Assembly: GCA_963830295.1 (NCBI GenBank)
Contig: CAWHLT010000005.1
Location: 292,202-356,201, forward strand
DNA length: 64,000 nt
Source: an uncultured Acidobacteriaceae bacterium
Lineage (GTDB): Bacteria > Acidobacteriota > Terriglobia > Terriglobales > Acidobacteriaceae
Direction: 5' to 3'
Shown: one piece after another, positions 47,408-57,122 of the stretch
Numbering within the stretch: the first letter of the stretch is position 1
How the letters are laid out: each line of letters opens with the position of its first letter
The notes under the pieces: generated by a model
The model's input: only the letters and a program-made list of their open reading frames with translations
The model's database searches: none
What the model was told of the DNA's origin: nothing
Position numbers and translations under genes: made by a program

Positions 47408-47596
47408 TTCGTTCTTGCTGTGCCGACCAAGGCTCGCCTCTCAATCCTGCGGTGGGATTGGCCCCACCAGCCATGTATTCGATTCCGCCGCGAGGCGGAA
47501 CCATGATTGCTGCTTCGAACTCCCTCGCTTTCGAGGGAGGCAGGGAACCCATTCACTAAGTCGAGGATGGACTACACCCCAGCGGTTAAACCGGGC

Positions 47597-48622
47597 TTAC
47601 CCTGCATGCGAACCGGAGGCGCTGAGTTGGGCATAATCCACGCCCCGCCTCCACATCCACCACAACCGCACCGCCAGCTTGCGGGCCACGGCCACGACGG
47701 CAATCGAGCGGTTCTTGCGCATGGCCAGGCGGCGGTAATCTCGTTTCCACTGGGCCTCGTGCCGCACCGCCACGTGCGCCGCTTCCACCAGCAGACCGCG
47801 CAACATCGCGTTGCCCTGCTTGCTGATGTGTCCCAGCCGCTGCTTGCCGCCCGAGCTGTCTTCGCTGGGAATCAGTCCCAGATAGCTGGCTAGTTTTTTG
47901 CTGTTGGCAAACCGCGCGGGATCGCCGATCACCAGCACAAAAGCCAGCGCCGTAATCGGACCCACGCCGGGATGAGTCATCAGCCGCACCGCCGCAGGTT
48001 GTTGCGCCGCTTGCTGCGCGACTTCCTGGTCCAGCGGATCGGTGCGATGCAACAACTCGGCCAGCAATTCCAGATTGTCTTGCCGCCGCCGTCCCGCCCA
48101 CGGCGCCAACTCCAGGGCCTGAAACTGTTTTTGTCCCGCTTGGCTCCACAGCCCGGGCTTGCGCTCCATGCCTTCGCTGCTGGCCAGCGAACGCAACTGA
48201 TTCTTCACCCGCGTACGCATCTGCACCAGCCGGTGGCGATGCCACAGCAGCTGCCGCAGATCACGATTGTCCGCCGGCGGGATCCAGATGCGCATCTTCT
48301 CGAACTGCCCGCTGCATAACAGCTCGCGCAGATGCTCGGCATCGCGCGCATCGGTCTTTTGCTTGCGCGTCTCCGCCGCCCGAATCTTGGCCGCGTCCCC
48401 GATCCACAACTCGTGCCCCAACTCCCCCAGCAACCGCTCGAACCAGCGCGACGACCCGCCGGTTTCCATTCCCACTCGCACCGTCTGCCCCACCAGGCCG
48501 CGGTAAAACTGCTCCGCTGCTCCGCGGTGCTCTAAACGGCGCTGACCCCACTCCCCTCCTTCCGTATTGACAAACGCAATTTGCTGAAACCTCGGATGAA
48601 AATCACAGCCTATAATCCACAT
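47597..48622 (-). CDS. IS110-family transposase (DEDD/RuvC-like N-domain plus Tnp C-domain)
   Basis: MWIIGCDFHPRFQQIAF.. N-terminus and HPGVGPITALAFVLVIGDPARFANSKKLASYLGLIPSEDSSGGKQRLGHISKQGN C-domain signature. AAGGAG lies 6 nt upstream of ATG 48622. Confidence 0.85.
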   Translation of the reverse strand: MWIIGCDFHPRFQQIAFVNTEGGEWGQRRLEHRGAAEQFYRGLVGQTVRVGMETGGSSRWFERLLGELGHELWIGDAAKIRAAETRKQKTDARDAEHLRELLCSGQFEKMRIWIPPADNRDLRQLLWHRHRLVQMRTRVKNQLRSLASSEGMERKPGLWSQAGQKQFQALELAPWAGRRRQDNLELLAELLHRTDPLDQEVAQQAAQQPAAVRLMTHPGVGPITALAFVLVIGDPARFANSKKLASYLGLIPSEDSSGGKQRLGHISKQGNAMLRGLLVEAAHVAVRHEAQWKRDYRRLAMRKNRSIAVVAVARKLAVRLWWMWRRGVDYAQLSASGSHAG

Positions 48623-48724
48623 GTCGGCTCCTTTCCCCGAGCCTTGGTCTTGTTCAACGACAACCAATGTACTCGGCTAGGAGCCGATCTCTTCATGCCA
48701 TCACCGAGTGAAGAAGATCAATCC

Positions 48725-48775
48725 TTCTTTGCGCCCTTTGCGTAAGCCTGGCGATCTTTGCGGTCAAAAGCTTTT
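48725..48775 (-). repeat. Class C 3-prime element directly after the M28 stop codon
   Basis: The minus strand reads TGA-AAAAGCTTTTGACCGCAAAGATCGCCAGGCTTACGCAAAGGGCGCAAAGAA. Confidence 0.8.
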
Positions 48776-49792
48776 TCACTTTGATGGGAGCGAATCCATT
48801 TTATCTAGAATGCGGAGCGTTTCCATCATGGTGGCGCCTACGATTTCCAGGCTCTTCGGGCTCAGCTTGTCTACCGTGTCCTGGGGCGTATGCCAGAAGA
48901 CGTTTTCGTAGCCGTAGTCGAAGTCGATTATGTCGGCGGAGGGCACACTTCGCTTCACGAAGGGAAGGTGATCGTCGCTGACCTGCATGGTCCGCGCGAA
49001 GAAATGCGATTGGTAGCCCAGGCGGGTGGCAGCTTCTAGTACCACGGCTTCGAGCCATGGGGTCGAATTCGAATCGCGGTCGATGTTGAGATCGGCGTCT
49101 CCGATCATGTCAGCCAGCAGGAATGCTTTGATCTTTTTCAAGGTTCCGTCGGCTTCCCATTTTTCCGCGAGATGGCGGATACCGTAGAGGCTGTCGGCGT
49201 CACTCCATGTCTTCATGGCTTCTTCGGCATCGTCCCACACCAGCCAGATGCTGTAGCCGTCGCGCTTCTGGCCGCGCAACTGGTTGGCGAATTCGAGAAG
49301 CAGCGCGCTGGAGGAGGCTCCGTCATTCGCGCCGATGTATGACGTGTCGCGCAGAGGGTAGTTCGTGTCGTAATGGCTGGCGATGACGATAATGCCGTCG
49401 CGCGTTCCAGGAAACTTGGCGATGATGTTTCGCGCCGGGAACTTGCCTTCGGGAGTATCGGCGGTGAAGGAATCCTCCTCGACTGTGTCGCCCTTGAGAT
49501 GGGCGAGGATATAGTTTTCAACTTTTTTGTGATTGGCGCTGCCGATGGGACGCGGGCCGAGGGCTACGATCTCTTTCACATACTGGAACGCCCGGGCGGA
49601 ATCGATGGCGGGCGGCGGACCGGTGTCGGGTGGAAGCGAGAGTTTGGGAAGAGCGAGTTCGGCGGGAGCGGTTTGTTCCGGAGGCGCTATTCCCGCCGCG
49701 CTGGCGCCCTTTTCGTGGTCGCAGGCAACGAGGGTCACTGCTAATAAGAGCAATAGGACGGGAAAAGAAGCTCTCTTCATCGATTCGAACAC
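48776..49792 (-). CDS. M28 family peptidase (aminopeptidase / glutaminyl-cyclase-like)
   Basis: Signal/lipoprotein-like N-terminus (LLLLLAVTLVAC). IASHYDT and GANDGASSSALLLE motifs. Confidence 0.8.
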   Translation of the reverse strand: MFESMKRASFPVLLLLLAVTLVACDHEKGASAAGIAPPEQTAPAELALPKLSLPPDTGPPPAIDSARAFQYVKEIVALGPRPIGSANHKKVENYILAHLKGDTVEEDSFTADTPEGKFPARNIIAKFPGTRDGIIVIASHYDTNYPLRDTSYIGANDGASSSALLLEFANQLRGQKRDGYSIWLVWDDAEEAMKTWSDADSLYGIRHLAEKWEADGTLKKIKAFLLADMIGDADLNIDRDSNSTPWLEAVVLEAATRLGYQSHFFARTMQVSDDHLPFVKRSVPSADIIDFDYGYENVFWHTPQDTVDKLSPKSLEIVGATMMETLRILDKMDSLPSK

Positions 49793-49846
49793 CTCGAAAA
49801 CATCTCAGACTAAACTGTTCTTCCTGAGCGTGGACTAAAGCACGCT

Positions 49847-49946
49847 TGTCATCCCGAGTGAAGCGAGGGATCTTGGTTCGTGCCTGCGCCACCGGTATTG
49901 CCACTGCCTGCAAACACCATGATCCCTCGCTTCGCTCGGGATGACA
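49847..49946. repeat. 100-bp MITE-like unit with 26-bp terminal inverted repeats of the class A family
   Basis: tgtcatcccgagtgaagcgagggatc (49847-49872) against gatccctcgcttcgctcgggatgaca (49921-49946), with 1 mismatch. Confidence 0.85.
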
Positions 49947-49980
49947 AATCACGCGATGGCGATCCGCTTGCGATGACAAC

Positions 49981-50784
49981 TCAAGTTGCTTTTGTCTCTT
50001 TTCGTGCCCGCCGCTGCCTGGGATGGACGAGCCAGGCGATGCCGATGCTGGCAGCGTACAGGCCGACCATGGGAGCGGCAAAGACGAGCATGCTCATAAC
50101 GTCGGGACTCGGCGTGACAATTGCCGCAATGATAAAAATAAGAAGAATGGCGTAGCGAAAATTCTTCACCATGAACCCCGCGCTGATGATGCCCATCAGA
50201 GCCAGGAAAAAAATAATAATCGGCATCTCGAAAATCAGGCCCATGCCGAGGATGATGCTGAGAAATAGAGACGTATATTCAGAAATGGTGATCATGGGCT
50301 GAAACTGGCTGCCAAACTCGATCAGGAAATTCAAGGCTCGGGGGTAAACAACCCTGTAGCCGAAATATCCTCCGGCCGAGAACAAGGTGATTGTGGACGC
50401 CATGAAAGGCAGCACATAACGCTTTTCGTTGCGGTAAAGCCCCGGCGAGATGAACATCCAAACCTGGTAGAGGACGAACGGCGAAGTAAGAAACAGACCG
50501 GCCAGCGCGGCAATCTTCAAGTAAAGGTTGAAGGGTTCAACCGGGTTCAGATAGACGAGCTTTTCCGGCACGCCGTTCGCTTTGAGCGCGTCCATGATGG
50601 GCTTCTGCATGACCGCGTAGATTTTCAGGCGAAAGCCCCAGCAGGCGAAAAATCCCACAGCCACAGCGGCTATGGAGTAGACCAGGCGCCGGCGCAACTC
50701 CTCGAGGTGGTCGAGAAATCCCATCGTAGGCATGGCATCGGGTGTGGGCTCATCGCCGGAGGCCGCGGTCGCGGTTTCAAACAT
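49981..50784 (-). CDS. tatC: Twin-arginine translocase subunit TatC
   Basis: GFLDHLEELRRRL start and six TM helices with the TatC pattern. Confidence 0.9.
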   Translation of the reverse strand: MFETATAASGDEPTPDAMPTMGFLDHLEELRRRLVYSIAAVAVGFFACWGFRLKIYAVMQKPIMDALKANGVPEKLVYLNPVEPFNLYLKIAALAGLFLTSPFVLYQVWMFISPGLYRNEKRYVLPFMASTITLFSAGGYFGYRVVYPRALNFLIEFGSQFQPMITISEYTSLFLSIILGMGLIFEMPIIIFFLALMGIISAGFMVKNFRYAILLIFIIAAIVTPSPDVMSMLVFAAPMVGLYAASIGIAWLVHPRQRRARKETKAT

Positions 50785-51232
50785 GGGGCTCCTGCGAGGC
50801 CGGGACGCTGGGCTCGGTCACGGGATCGAGTGAAGGAGTGGGATTCGATGATTCGGTTGAAGATGATCCGGTTGAAGATGGTGCGGTCGGATTTGATTCC
50901 GCTGCATTCACGCTCGGCGAGTTCGCATCCAGCGGAGCAACTCCGATCATGGGAGGGACTAGAGTCTCAAGCGAGTCCTGCCGGGCCGGCACGCTTGCCG
51001 CCGGGTTCACGCCCAGGCTCGCGATACTGCCTCCCGGCGGGGGGGTGGGGGGGAGTATCTTCTGAACCTCCAGGCGCGTGATCTCGGTTTCGATCTGCGA
51101 CTTGAACTCGTTTGAGGCGCGGCGCAACTCGGCGAGAAGCTTTCCCGCTTGACGAGCCATCTCCGGCAACTTCTTGGGCCCAAAAAGAATGAGCGCCAGG
51201 AAGAACAGGAAGATTGTGTCGGAAAAACTCAT
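50777..51232 (-). CDS. TatA/TatB family Sec-independent translocase subunit
   Basis: MSFSDTIFLFFLALILFGPKKLPEMARQAGKLLAELRR at an internal Met. 8-nt overlap with tatC. The listed extension to 51385 covers repeat DNA. Confidence 0.8.
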   Translation of the reverse strand: MSFSDTIFLFFLALILFGPKKLPEMARQAGKLLAELRRASNEFKSQIETEITRLEVQKILPPTPPPGGSIASLGVNPAASVPARQDSLETLVPPMIGVAPLDANSPSVNAAESNPTAPSSTGSSSTESSNPTPSLDPVTEPSVPASQEPHV

Positions 51233-51402
51233 GGCCACATCATAATGCGGCGGGGCGAGGGCGGCAATGCGGTGAGAAAATGGTGTGGCCTCTGAGTTTG
51301 CCAGGCTCTGCGAAGGTGCGCCTCGCTTCGCTCGTCGGACAGCCGAGGCGGCTGTCGCCACATGAGCATCGCGGCTAGGAGCCAACCCAAGCGATGAGAT
51401 CC

Positions 51403-53454
51403 TTAAGGGGTGGGTTTGAGGACGACCGTGTTGCGCTCGTCGGTGGCGATGATTCGATAGAACTTTTTGAGGTCGTCGGCCTTGTTGACGGGCACGCTCA
51501 ACTCCTTCACCTCAAAGGTCCGGGTATAGCCCACAACGTTACCGTTCACGACGGTCTTGGAGTGGTAGCTGGCGAAGCTAAAATCGGCATCGACGGGTGG
51601 GGGAAGGTCATCGACAACGTAGCCTGCCGGTATCGTGATTTCGAAAGCGTCGGTGTCCCGCGTTGGCTCCTCGAACTCGATGGGGAACCTCCGGGGTTCT
51701 TTAGTCTCCAGGATTCCCGAGCCCTTGTTTCCGATCACGCGTGGCCGCACAAGTAAAAGACTGCCGGCGTTCTTGGCGTAGTTCGGTGACTCGAACGAGT
51801 AATTGAAGCCGAAAGGCTGATCGGTCTGGTGAAGATTGAGGATGGTGGCGTGGGTGATGCGGAAACTGGAAAGCGAACCTGCGAGCAGGTCCTCGATCGG
51901 TTTAATCTGGTCGATGTCCTTGGTGACGGTGCGCAATCGCCAGCGCTCTGAGGATGCACGCTGACCCAGTCGGCTCTCTTTTACCTCGCCCTTCAAAGTG
52001 CCCGTGGAGTCGAGCGTCAGCTTGGCGGTGCGGCGGATACTGTTCATGGCGGATGGTTGCTGCGGCAGTTCGATCAATTCGCCGCCCGCGGGCGTCACCA
52101 GCAAGCCATAGTTTGCCTGCAGGTAGCCGGGGAGTTGGCCGAACGGGATCAGGTCGTTGGTGGGGTCAAAAAACAGGATCCTGCCCAGCTTAGGGTGCTG
52201 GACGGTCGCGATCAGCGATGGATCAGCCATTCCGTCTGGCAACTTAATGGCGATAATCGCGTGATTGAATCCATGATGCGCGGGGGTCAGTGGAGTGATG
52301 GCGCCGCGCTCGGTGTAAATCGCGACGTGATAGCTCTCGATGCCGATCTGCTGCAGCATTGTACGCAGCAGCGTCGCTTTGTCTTTGCAGTCGCCATAGC
52401 GGTGCGAGAACACGTCAGTGGCGGGATGAGGCTGCCAGCCCCCGATGCCCAGTTCGATGGCCACATAGCGGATGTCGCGCTGCACAAACTCAGCGAGCGC
52501 CTCCATCTTTTGCAGGGGGGTTGCCTTCGAGGTAGTCAAAGCCGTAACTTCGGCTTTGATGGGCGCCGATGCATCCATGCGGCCGCTCACCAGATTCGCG
52601 TACCATCTGCCCATTCCGTCCCAGTCCGCGAACCCGTTCAGGGCGGGGCCGCCCGGCGGAAACAGCGACACGATCATCTTGCCGGCCACGCCATCGCGAG
52701 GTGGCATTTCCGGCTCCCTGCGGATGGCTTTGATGTCCGTGACCGCCCACTGGGCCAGACTGCCGCTGGCCTGCGTGGGCTTGACTTCAGGATAGTTCAG
52801 CCACGAAGCTTTGTACTCCCATCCCGGCGGGAGTTGGAGTGAATAATGACTTTCCCGTACGGGCTCCGTGCCCTGGAAATCCCACATATCCTGTAAAAAG
52901 AACGGCTGCTCCTCGACCTCGTATTCGTAGCCGACGATATTTCCGGGATCCGACGCCGGAATGCGCAGCACTTTGTATTTCACGTCTGAGATCAGTTCCG
53001 CGCCTGCGGTATTTGGCGATACCTCGATCGCATCTTTGTCCTTAACCTCGTAATCCTTGCCTTGCGCAGGAATGCACCACCCGTGAAGACTCTTGACCTT
53101 CCGTTGGGGATTGAAATGAACAAACACAATACCGGCATTGCGGCCGTTGGGACGGAGAATTCTATAGGCTTCGCGAACCTGCGTCCGGATTTTGTCGGTG
53201 GCAACAACGGTGACATTGGTTTCGGAATACAACAGCACCGCGTCGGTCTTCTCATCGTAGGAAGGCAGCGGAGCATTGACCTGGGCATGCATCCACTGCG
53301 GTGCGCCTCCGCCACTGCCGGCGGCGGCCGAGGGCATCCAGGCCAGCATGCAGGCAACGATCGAACCAGCCCACAGCAGGCCTCGCCCACCGGTTGCCCG
53401 CCAGTTAGTTGCTCGCGGTCGCGGCTCCGGTTTGCAGTACGATCTGTTCCTCAT
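51403..53454 (-). CDS. DUF3857-like N-domain plus transglutaminase-like cysteine protease core protein
   Basis: HRYGDCKDKATLLRTMLQQIGIESY is a transglutaminase-core Cys motif. Large secreted protein with a signal-like N-terminus. Confidence 0.7.
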   Translation of the reverse strand: MRNRSYCKPEPRPRATNWRATGGRGLLWAGSIVACMLAWMPSAAAGSGGGAPQWMHAQVNAPLPSYDEKTDAVLLYSETNVTVVATDKIRTQVREAYRILRPNGRNAGIVFVHFNPQRKVKSLHGWCIPAQGKDYEVKDKDAIEVSPNTAGAELISDVKYKVLRIPASDPGNIVGYEYEVEEQPFFLQDMWDFQGTEPVRESHYSLQLPPGWEYKASWLNYPEVKPTQASGSLAQWAVTDIKAIRREPEMPPRDGVAGKMIVSLFPPGGPALNGFADWDGMGRWYANLVSGRMDASAPIKAEVTALTTSKATPLQKMEALAEFVQRDIRYVAIELGIGGWQPHPATDVFSHRYGDCKDKATLLRTMLQQIGIESYHVAIYTERGAITPLTPAHHGFNHAIIAIKLPDGMADPSLIATVQHPKLGRILFFDPTNDLIPFGQLPGYLQANYGLLVTPAGGELIELPQQPSAMNSIRRTAKLTLDSTGTLKGEVKESRLGQRASSERWRLRTVTKDIDQIKPIEDLLAGSLSSFRITHATILNLHQTDQPFGFNYSFESPNYAKNAGSLLLVRPRVIGNKGSGILETKEPRRFPIEFEEPTRDTDAFEITIPAGYVVDDLPPPVDADFSFASYHSKTVVNGNVVGYTRTFEVKELSVPVNKADDLKKFYRIIATDERNTVVLKPTP

Positions 53455-55394
53455 CTCCCGACCTCACTGCCTCAAAAAAGGTTCGCAACGCAGGATAGTA
53501 CTTCGACTCCAACAGCATGAAATCCACTTTAAACTTGCGTGTCAGATGCAGTGTGTCCTTGCCGTTCTCGACTTTCAGGGCATAGGCGACAACATGAGCA
53601 TCCTTGTCCTGTCCGGGTGGAACGCTGCCCACTTTCCATCCCGTGGGAAGCTCAACGGTTATGTCATCCATCTTCTCGTGGGGGTATTCAACATAGATGG
53701 CGTGGACGCGGTTGGCATGTTCGAAGGTATGTTTTTCCGCAGCGGTGAAGATTCCGGCGGGAATCAGCAGACGCTTGCCGGCATTGGACGCCCAACCCGG
53801 AACCTTGATGTCAAACTCCGCGACCAGAGGGGTTTCCGAACTATTCCAGTCAGGCTGGTTGGTCAATTCCGCTTCCATGGCAACGGGTATCTGGGTTTTC
53901 ACACGTTCTTCCAGAAATTTCTTGCGCGTCACGTCGTCAGCGTGGCGCATGTCCAGCCGGTGGTACATGGCTTCCAAGCCGGTATACGTGATGATGAGCT
54001 TGCCCTCAAGGTCGCCGGCATCTGACAGCTTCAACTTGGCCTTGCGCTCGATGCGGGACTCCGAGCTTTCCGGAAGCGTGGTCCTGATCCAGGTTCCGCC
54101 ATCCTTGTCCAGACGCATCCCCTGGACTCCGGTTTCCGTCCATTCCAGCAAGCCAAAAGGTGCGAAACGCCCTCCCGGATCGAAATAGAGATCTTTTCCA
54201 TTCTGTTTGACCAGCACAACATTGGCATCCAGCTTGCCGCTTTGCATGGTGACTGGAGTAAAGAAGTAATTCCGCCGATCGGAAACCCAACAACCGTAGG
54301 CCTCAAATCCAGCAGCCCGGACGAGGCCGAGGTAAAGCCACGTCAGTTGTACGCCGTTGCCGTAACCCCGCTTCCAGACTTCCTCAACGTTTTCGGCAGG
54401 TTTTTCTTTTTCGCGCTTTGCTTCCTGCTCGGTTTTCCGCAACTCGAAGGAAGTGTTGCGGATCTGCTGCACGCGGTCGTAGATTTTTCGGAGCTTGATT
54501 TCCGGCGGGTCACTCGGCGAAACGATCTGGGATACAGCCTCTTCCATGGCCTTGCGCTTTCCCACAAAGCTTTCCAACTGGCCGTTTCGTTTCTTGCCCA
54601 CATTCTTCCAGAAGGTTTCCGCATCTTTCTCGGGAAGCTCTTCGCTGTAACTGAAATCTACGCGCGCCTTCAGTTCGTTGGCCGGAGGCATAAAATCCTC
54701 CTCCTGGAAAGCCGGGATGTTGTTCGCATCCATGCGCACGACATGGTCGGGGAATTCTTTGGGGACCGCGCCGGTCGGCAGGTCGTGCCAGCTCCAACGC
54801 AGGTTGACCGGCACATAGTTGCTTTTGTATGGCTTCAGAGAGAAGCGCGCGCTCTTGGTGAATAGCTCTTCACTTAAAATCCAATGGGAATCGTAAATGA
54901 AATGCTCACTTAAATCGTAGGTGTAAATGTACTCGATAATGCCGCCCACCTCGACATCAGGAAGCGTAAGGGTCTTCACCAGATAGCGCAGGCCCCTGCC
55001 TTTTACCAGCGACTTTTCGAAGACCTTTCCCATCAAAGGCAACGACGGAGCCATCAGGCTTGATGGATCGCGCTTTGATGCCGACGACGTTCTCGCTCTC
55101 CTTGAAAAAGGGGATCTCTACATTCGCATACTTCCGCCCTTCTTCGGTGAGGATTTTGATCCGCACGTAGTTGTCTTCGTGAGAGGTCTTTCCGTTGTCG
55201 TCGCGGTCGACCTGGCGGTAGAGAATGATGGCGGGCGCGCCTGGAGCGAGCGGCTCGCTGGTCATCTTCAATTCTTCAGGAGAAACGGGCTGGAAACCGA
55301 TGCCCGCGCGAACCGTGGAGGGAAAGTACTTACCCGCGGCCAGGACCAGAGACACTGCCAGACATGCAATCGAAACCACGCGACGAAGCCGCAT
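53405..55394 (-). pseudogene. Paralogous DUF3857/transglutaminase-like protein lacking the catalytic Cys, one frameshift
   Basis: ORF 54957..55529 (..IKARSIKPDGSVVAFDGK) continues in ORF 53405..55054 (VFEKSLVKGRGLRYLV..). This implies an indel near 55022-55032. RGYGNGVQLTWLYLGLVRAAGFEAY occupies the position of the G-D-C-K motif. Confidence 0.65.
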
Positions 55395-55576
55395 GTTGGA
55401 ACTCCCGAGCGCCTGCGATAACCAGAACGGGCCCCCTGCACGTTTGGTGACCGACACAATATAGCGAGATGGCTTCCTAGTCAATAGCGCTTTTGAGCCG
55501 TTAACGGCACTTCTGTCGACACCTCTCATTCATCCGGCTATGCAGGTCGCCACCGCTGGCCGTAAGATAGTCGGCC

Positions 55577-56494
55577 ATGCAGCTTTGGTTCGCCCGCGGG
55601 AGCGAAGTCAGCATTCGCGAACAGCTGGTCACGCAGGTGGTTCTCGGCATTCTGGGGGATGACCTCGCTCCCGGCCAGCGCCTGCCGAGTACGCGGGAAC
55701 TGGCGCGGCGCTTTCACCTGCATCCCAACACCGTGAGTGCGGGTTACCGGCAATTGGCGCGGGACCGCTGGGTTGAGCACCGGCGGGGGAGCGGTGTTTT
55801 TGTCCGGGCCAATAAACCCGACGTGCCTCTGTCCGCCGCATTCGCGCTCGATCAGATGATTGCCGGCCTGTTTCGCTCGGCGCGTAGGCAAGGAGTCTCC
55901 TTGCCTGTTTTGCGCTCGCGTCTGCGGCAGTGGCTGGAGTTGCAGCCGCCCGATCACTTTCTGCTGATTGAGCCCGACGAAGAACTGCGGCGAATTGTGG
56001 CGGCGGAGATGCTGCAGGCCGTGAGTCTTCCGGTAGTGAGTTGCGGGTTGGAGGATTGCCGGAACTCGCTCGAAGGCAGCATCGTGGCCGTCCTTCCGAA
56101 CCGCGTCACGACCGTGCGGCCAGCGCTGCCGGATGGCACCGAACTATTGACGCTTGGTTTTCGCTCGGTGCCGTCATCGCTGGGGAAGTGGCTGCCCGCT
56201 CCTTCGGGCTATCTGGTGGGGATTGCCTCAAGGTGGCCAGACTTTCTGAAGCTGGCACGAACCATGCTGAATGCCGCCGGTTTTCATCCCGACAGCCTGG
56301 TGCTGCGGGACGCTCGCGAGCCGAACTGGCAACTCGGGCTGAAACAGACGGCGGCAGTCGTTTGTGATTCGCTGACCGCCACAGAACTGCCTGCCGGATG
56401 CCGCGCCATTCCCTTCCCTCTGCTTGCTGAATCTTCGATTGACGAACTGCGGCGGTATGCGGAGTTTGTGAGCAAGCCGATTGAAGCTGTGTGA
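55577..56494 (+). CDS. GntR-family transcriptional regulator with a C-terminal effector domain
   Basis: LPSTRELARRFHLHPNTVSAGYRQLARDRWVEHRRGSGVFV is a winged HTH of GntR type. Confidence 0.75.
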   Translation: MQLWFARGSEVSIREQLVTQVVLGILGDDLAPGQRLPSTRELARRFHLHPNTVSAGYRQLARDRWVEHRRGSGVFVRANKPDVPLSAAFALDQMIAGLFRSARRQGVSLPVLRSRLRQWLELQPPDHFLLIEPDEELRRIVAAEMLQAVSLPVVSCGLEDCRNSLEGSIVAVLPNRVTTVRPALPDGTELLTLGFRSVPSSLGKWLPAPSGYLVGIASRWPDFLKLARTMLNAAGFHPDSLVLRDAREPNWQLGLKQTAAVVCDSLTATELPAGCRAIPFPLLAESSIDELRRYAEFVSKPIEAV

Positions 56495-56577
56495 CAGTCT
56501 CAATAGTGTCCCAGCCTCCCGCTTGAAACTCAAAACATTCTTTAGGCTGCACTTACCAAGTCTTGTGGAGGTGCGGC

Positions 56578-57024
56578 ATGAAGAAATTTGGGGCGTTCTG
56601 TTTGCTTCTGATTGTGTCTTTGCCCGCACTCGCGGTCGAAGACGGTCAAGTGATGTATGTGGGCGGGACGGCGCCGGGTGTGACCGCCGGGGTTGTCGGA
56701 CGCTTGGATACTACAGCGGAGACGGCGTTGATCTTCGAGTGCTCGGGAAACAAGCTGGCGATTCCTTACGACACCATCCAGTCGTTCGATTACTCGAAAG
56801 AAGTGACGCGGCATCTGGGCGTGCTGCCGGCGATTGCGGTCAGGACTGTCAAGATGCGCCGGCACCAACACTTCTTCCGCATTTCGTATCGTGATTCCAA
56901 CCAGGTCGAGCAAGCTGTTGTTTTTGAGGTGCCCAAGCACATGCCGCGGACGTTGCAGGCAGTGCTGGAGACGCGTGCTCCGCAGGCTTGCAAGCCGGTT
57001 CTGCGCCGCGCGGGACGGAGGTGA
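56578..57024 (+). CDS. Small secreted hypothetical protein
   Basis: GGAGG then ATG. Signal peptide MKKFGAFCLLLIVSLPALA. Confidence 0.5.
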   Translation: MKKFGAFCLLLIVSLPALAVEDGQVMYVGGTAPGVTAGVVGRLDTTAETALIFECSGNKLAIPYDTIQSFDYSKEVTRHLGVLPAIAVRTVKMRRHQHFFRISYRDSNQVEQAVVFEVPKHMPRTLQAVLETRAPQACKPVLRRAGRR

Positions 57025-57122
57025 CTGCGATGCGTGGAACTTCAGCCCAGTTTCGTTGTGACACTCGGGAAAGTATCACAGGAACACCCTTGCATGAGCG
57101 CACCCAGCGCTATTCTGCGTTC

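Larger units (their letters stand above)
47226..48775 (-). mobile_element. Interval containing an IS110-family insertion sequence. Exact ends are unresolved.
   Basis: An intact IS110-type transposase gene sits between two unrelated M28 peptidase genes. The family lacks classical terminal IRs, so boundaries cannot be set from one copy. Confidence 0.5.

Noticed and set aside
47226-47552. 108-aa ORF with an (EQ)n run
   Set aside because: It is a translation artefact of the (CTTGCT)7 microsatellite and the surrounding non-coding DNA.
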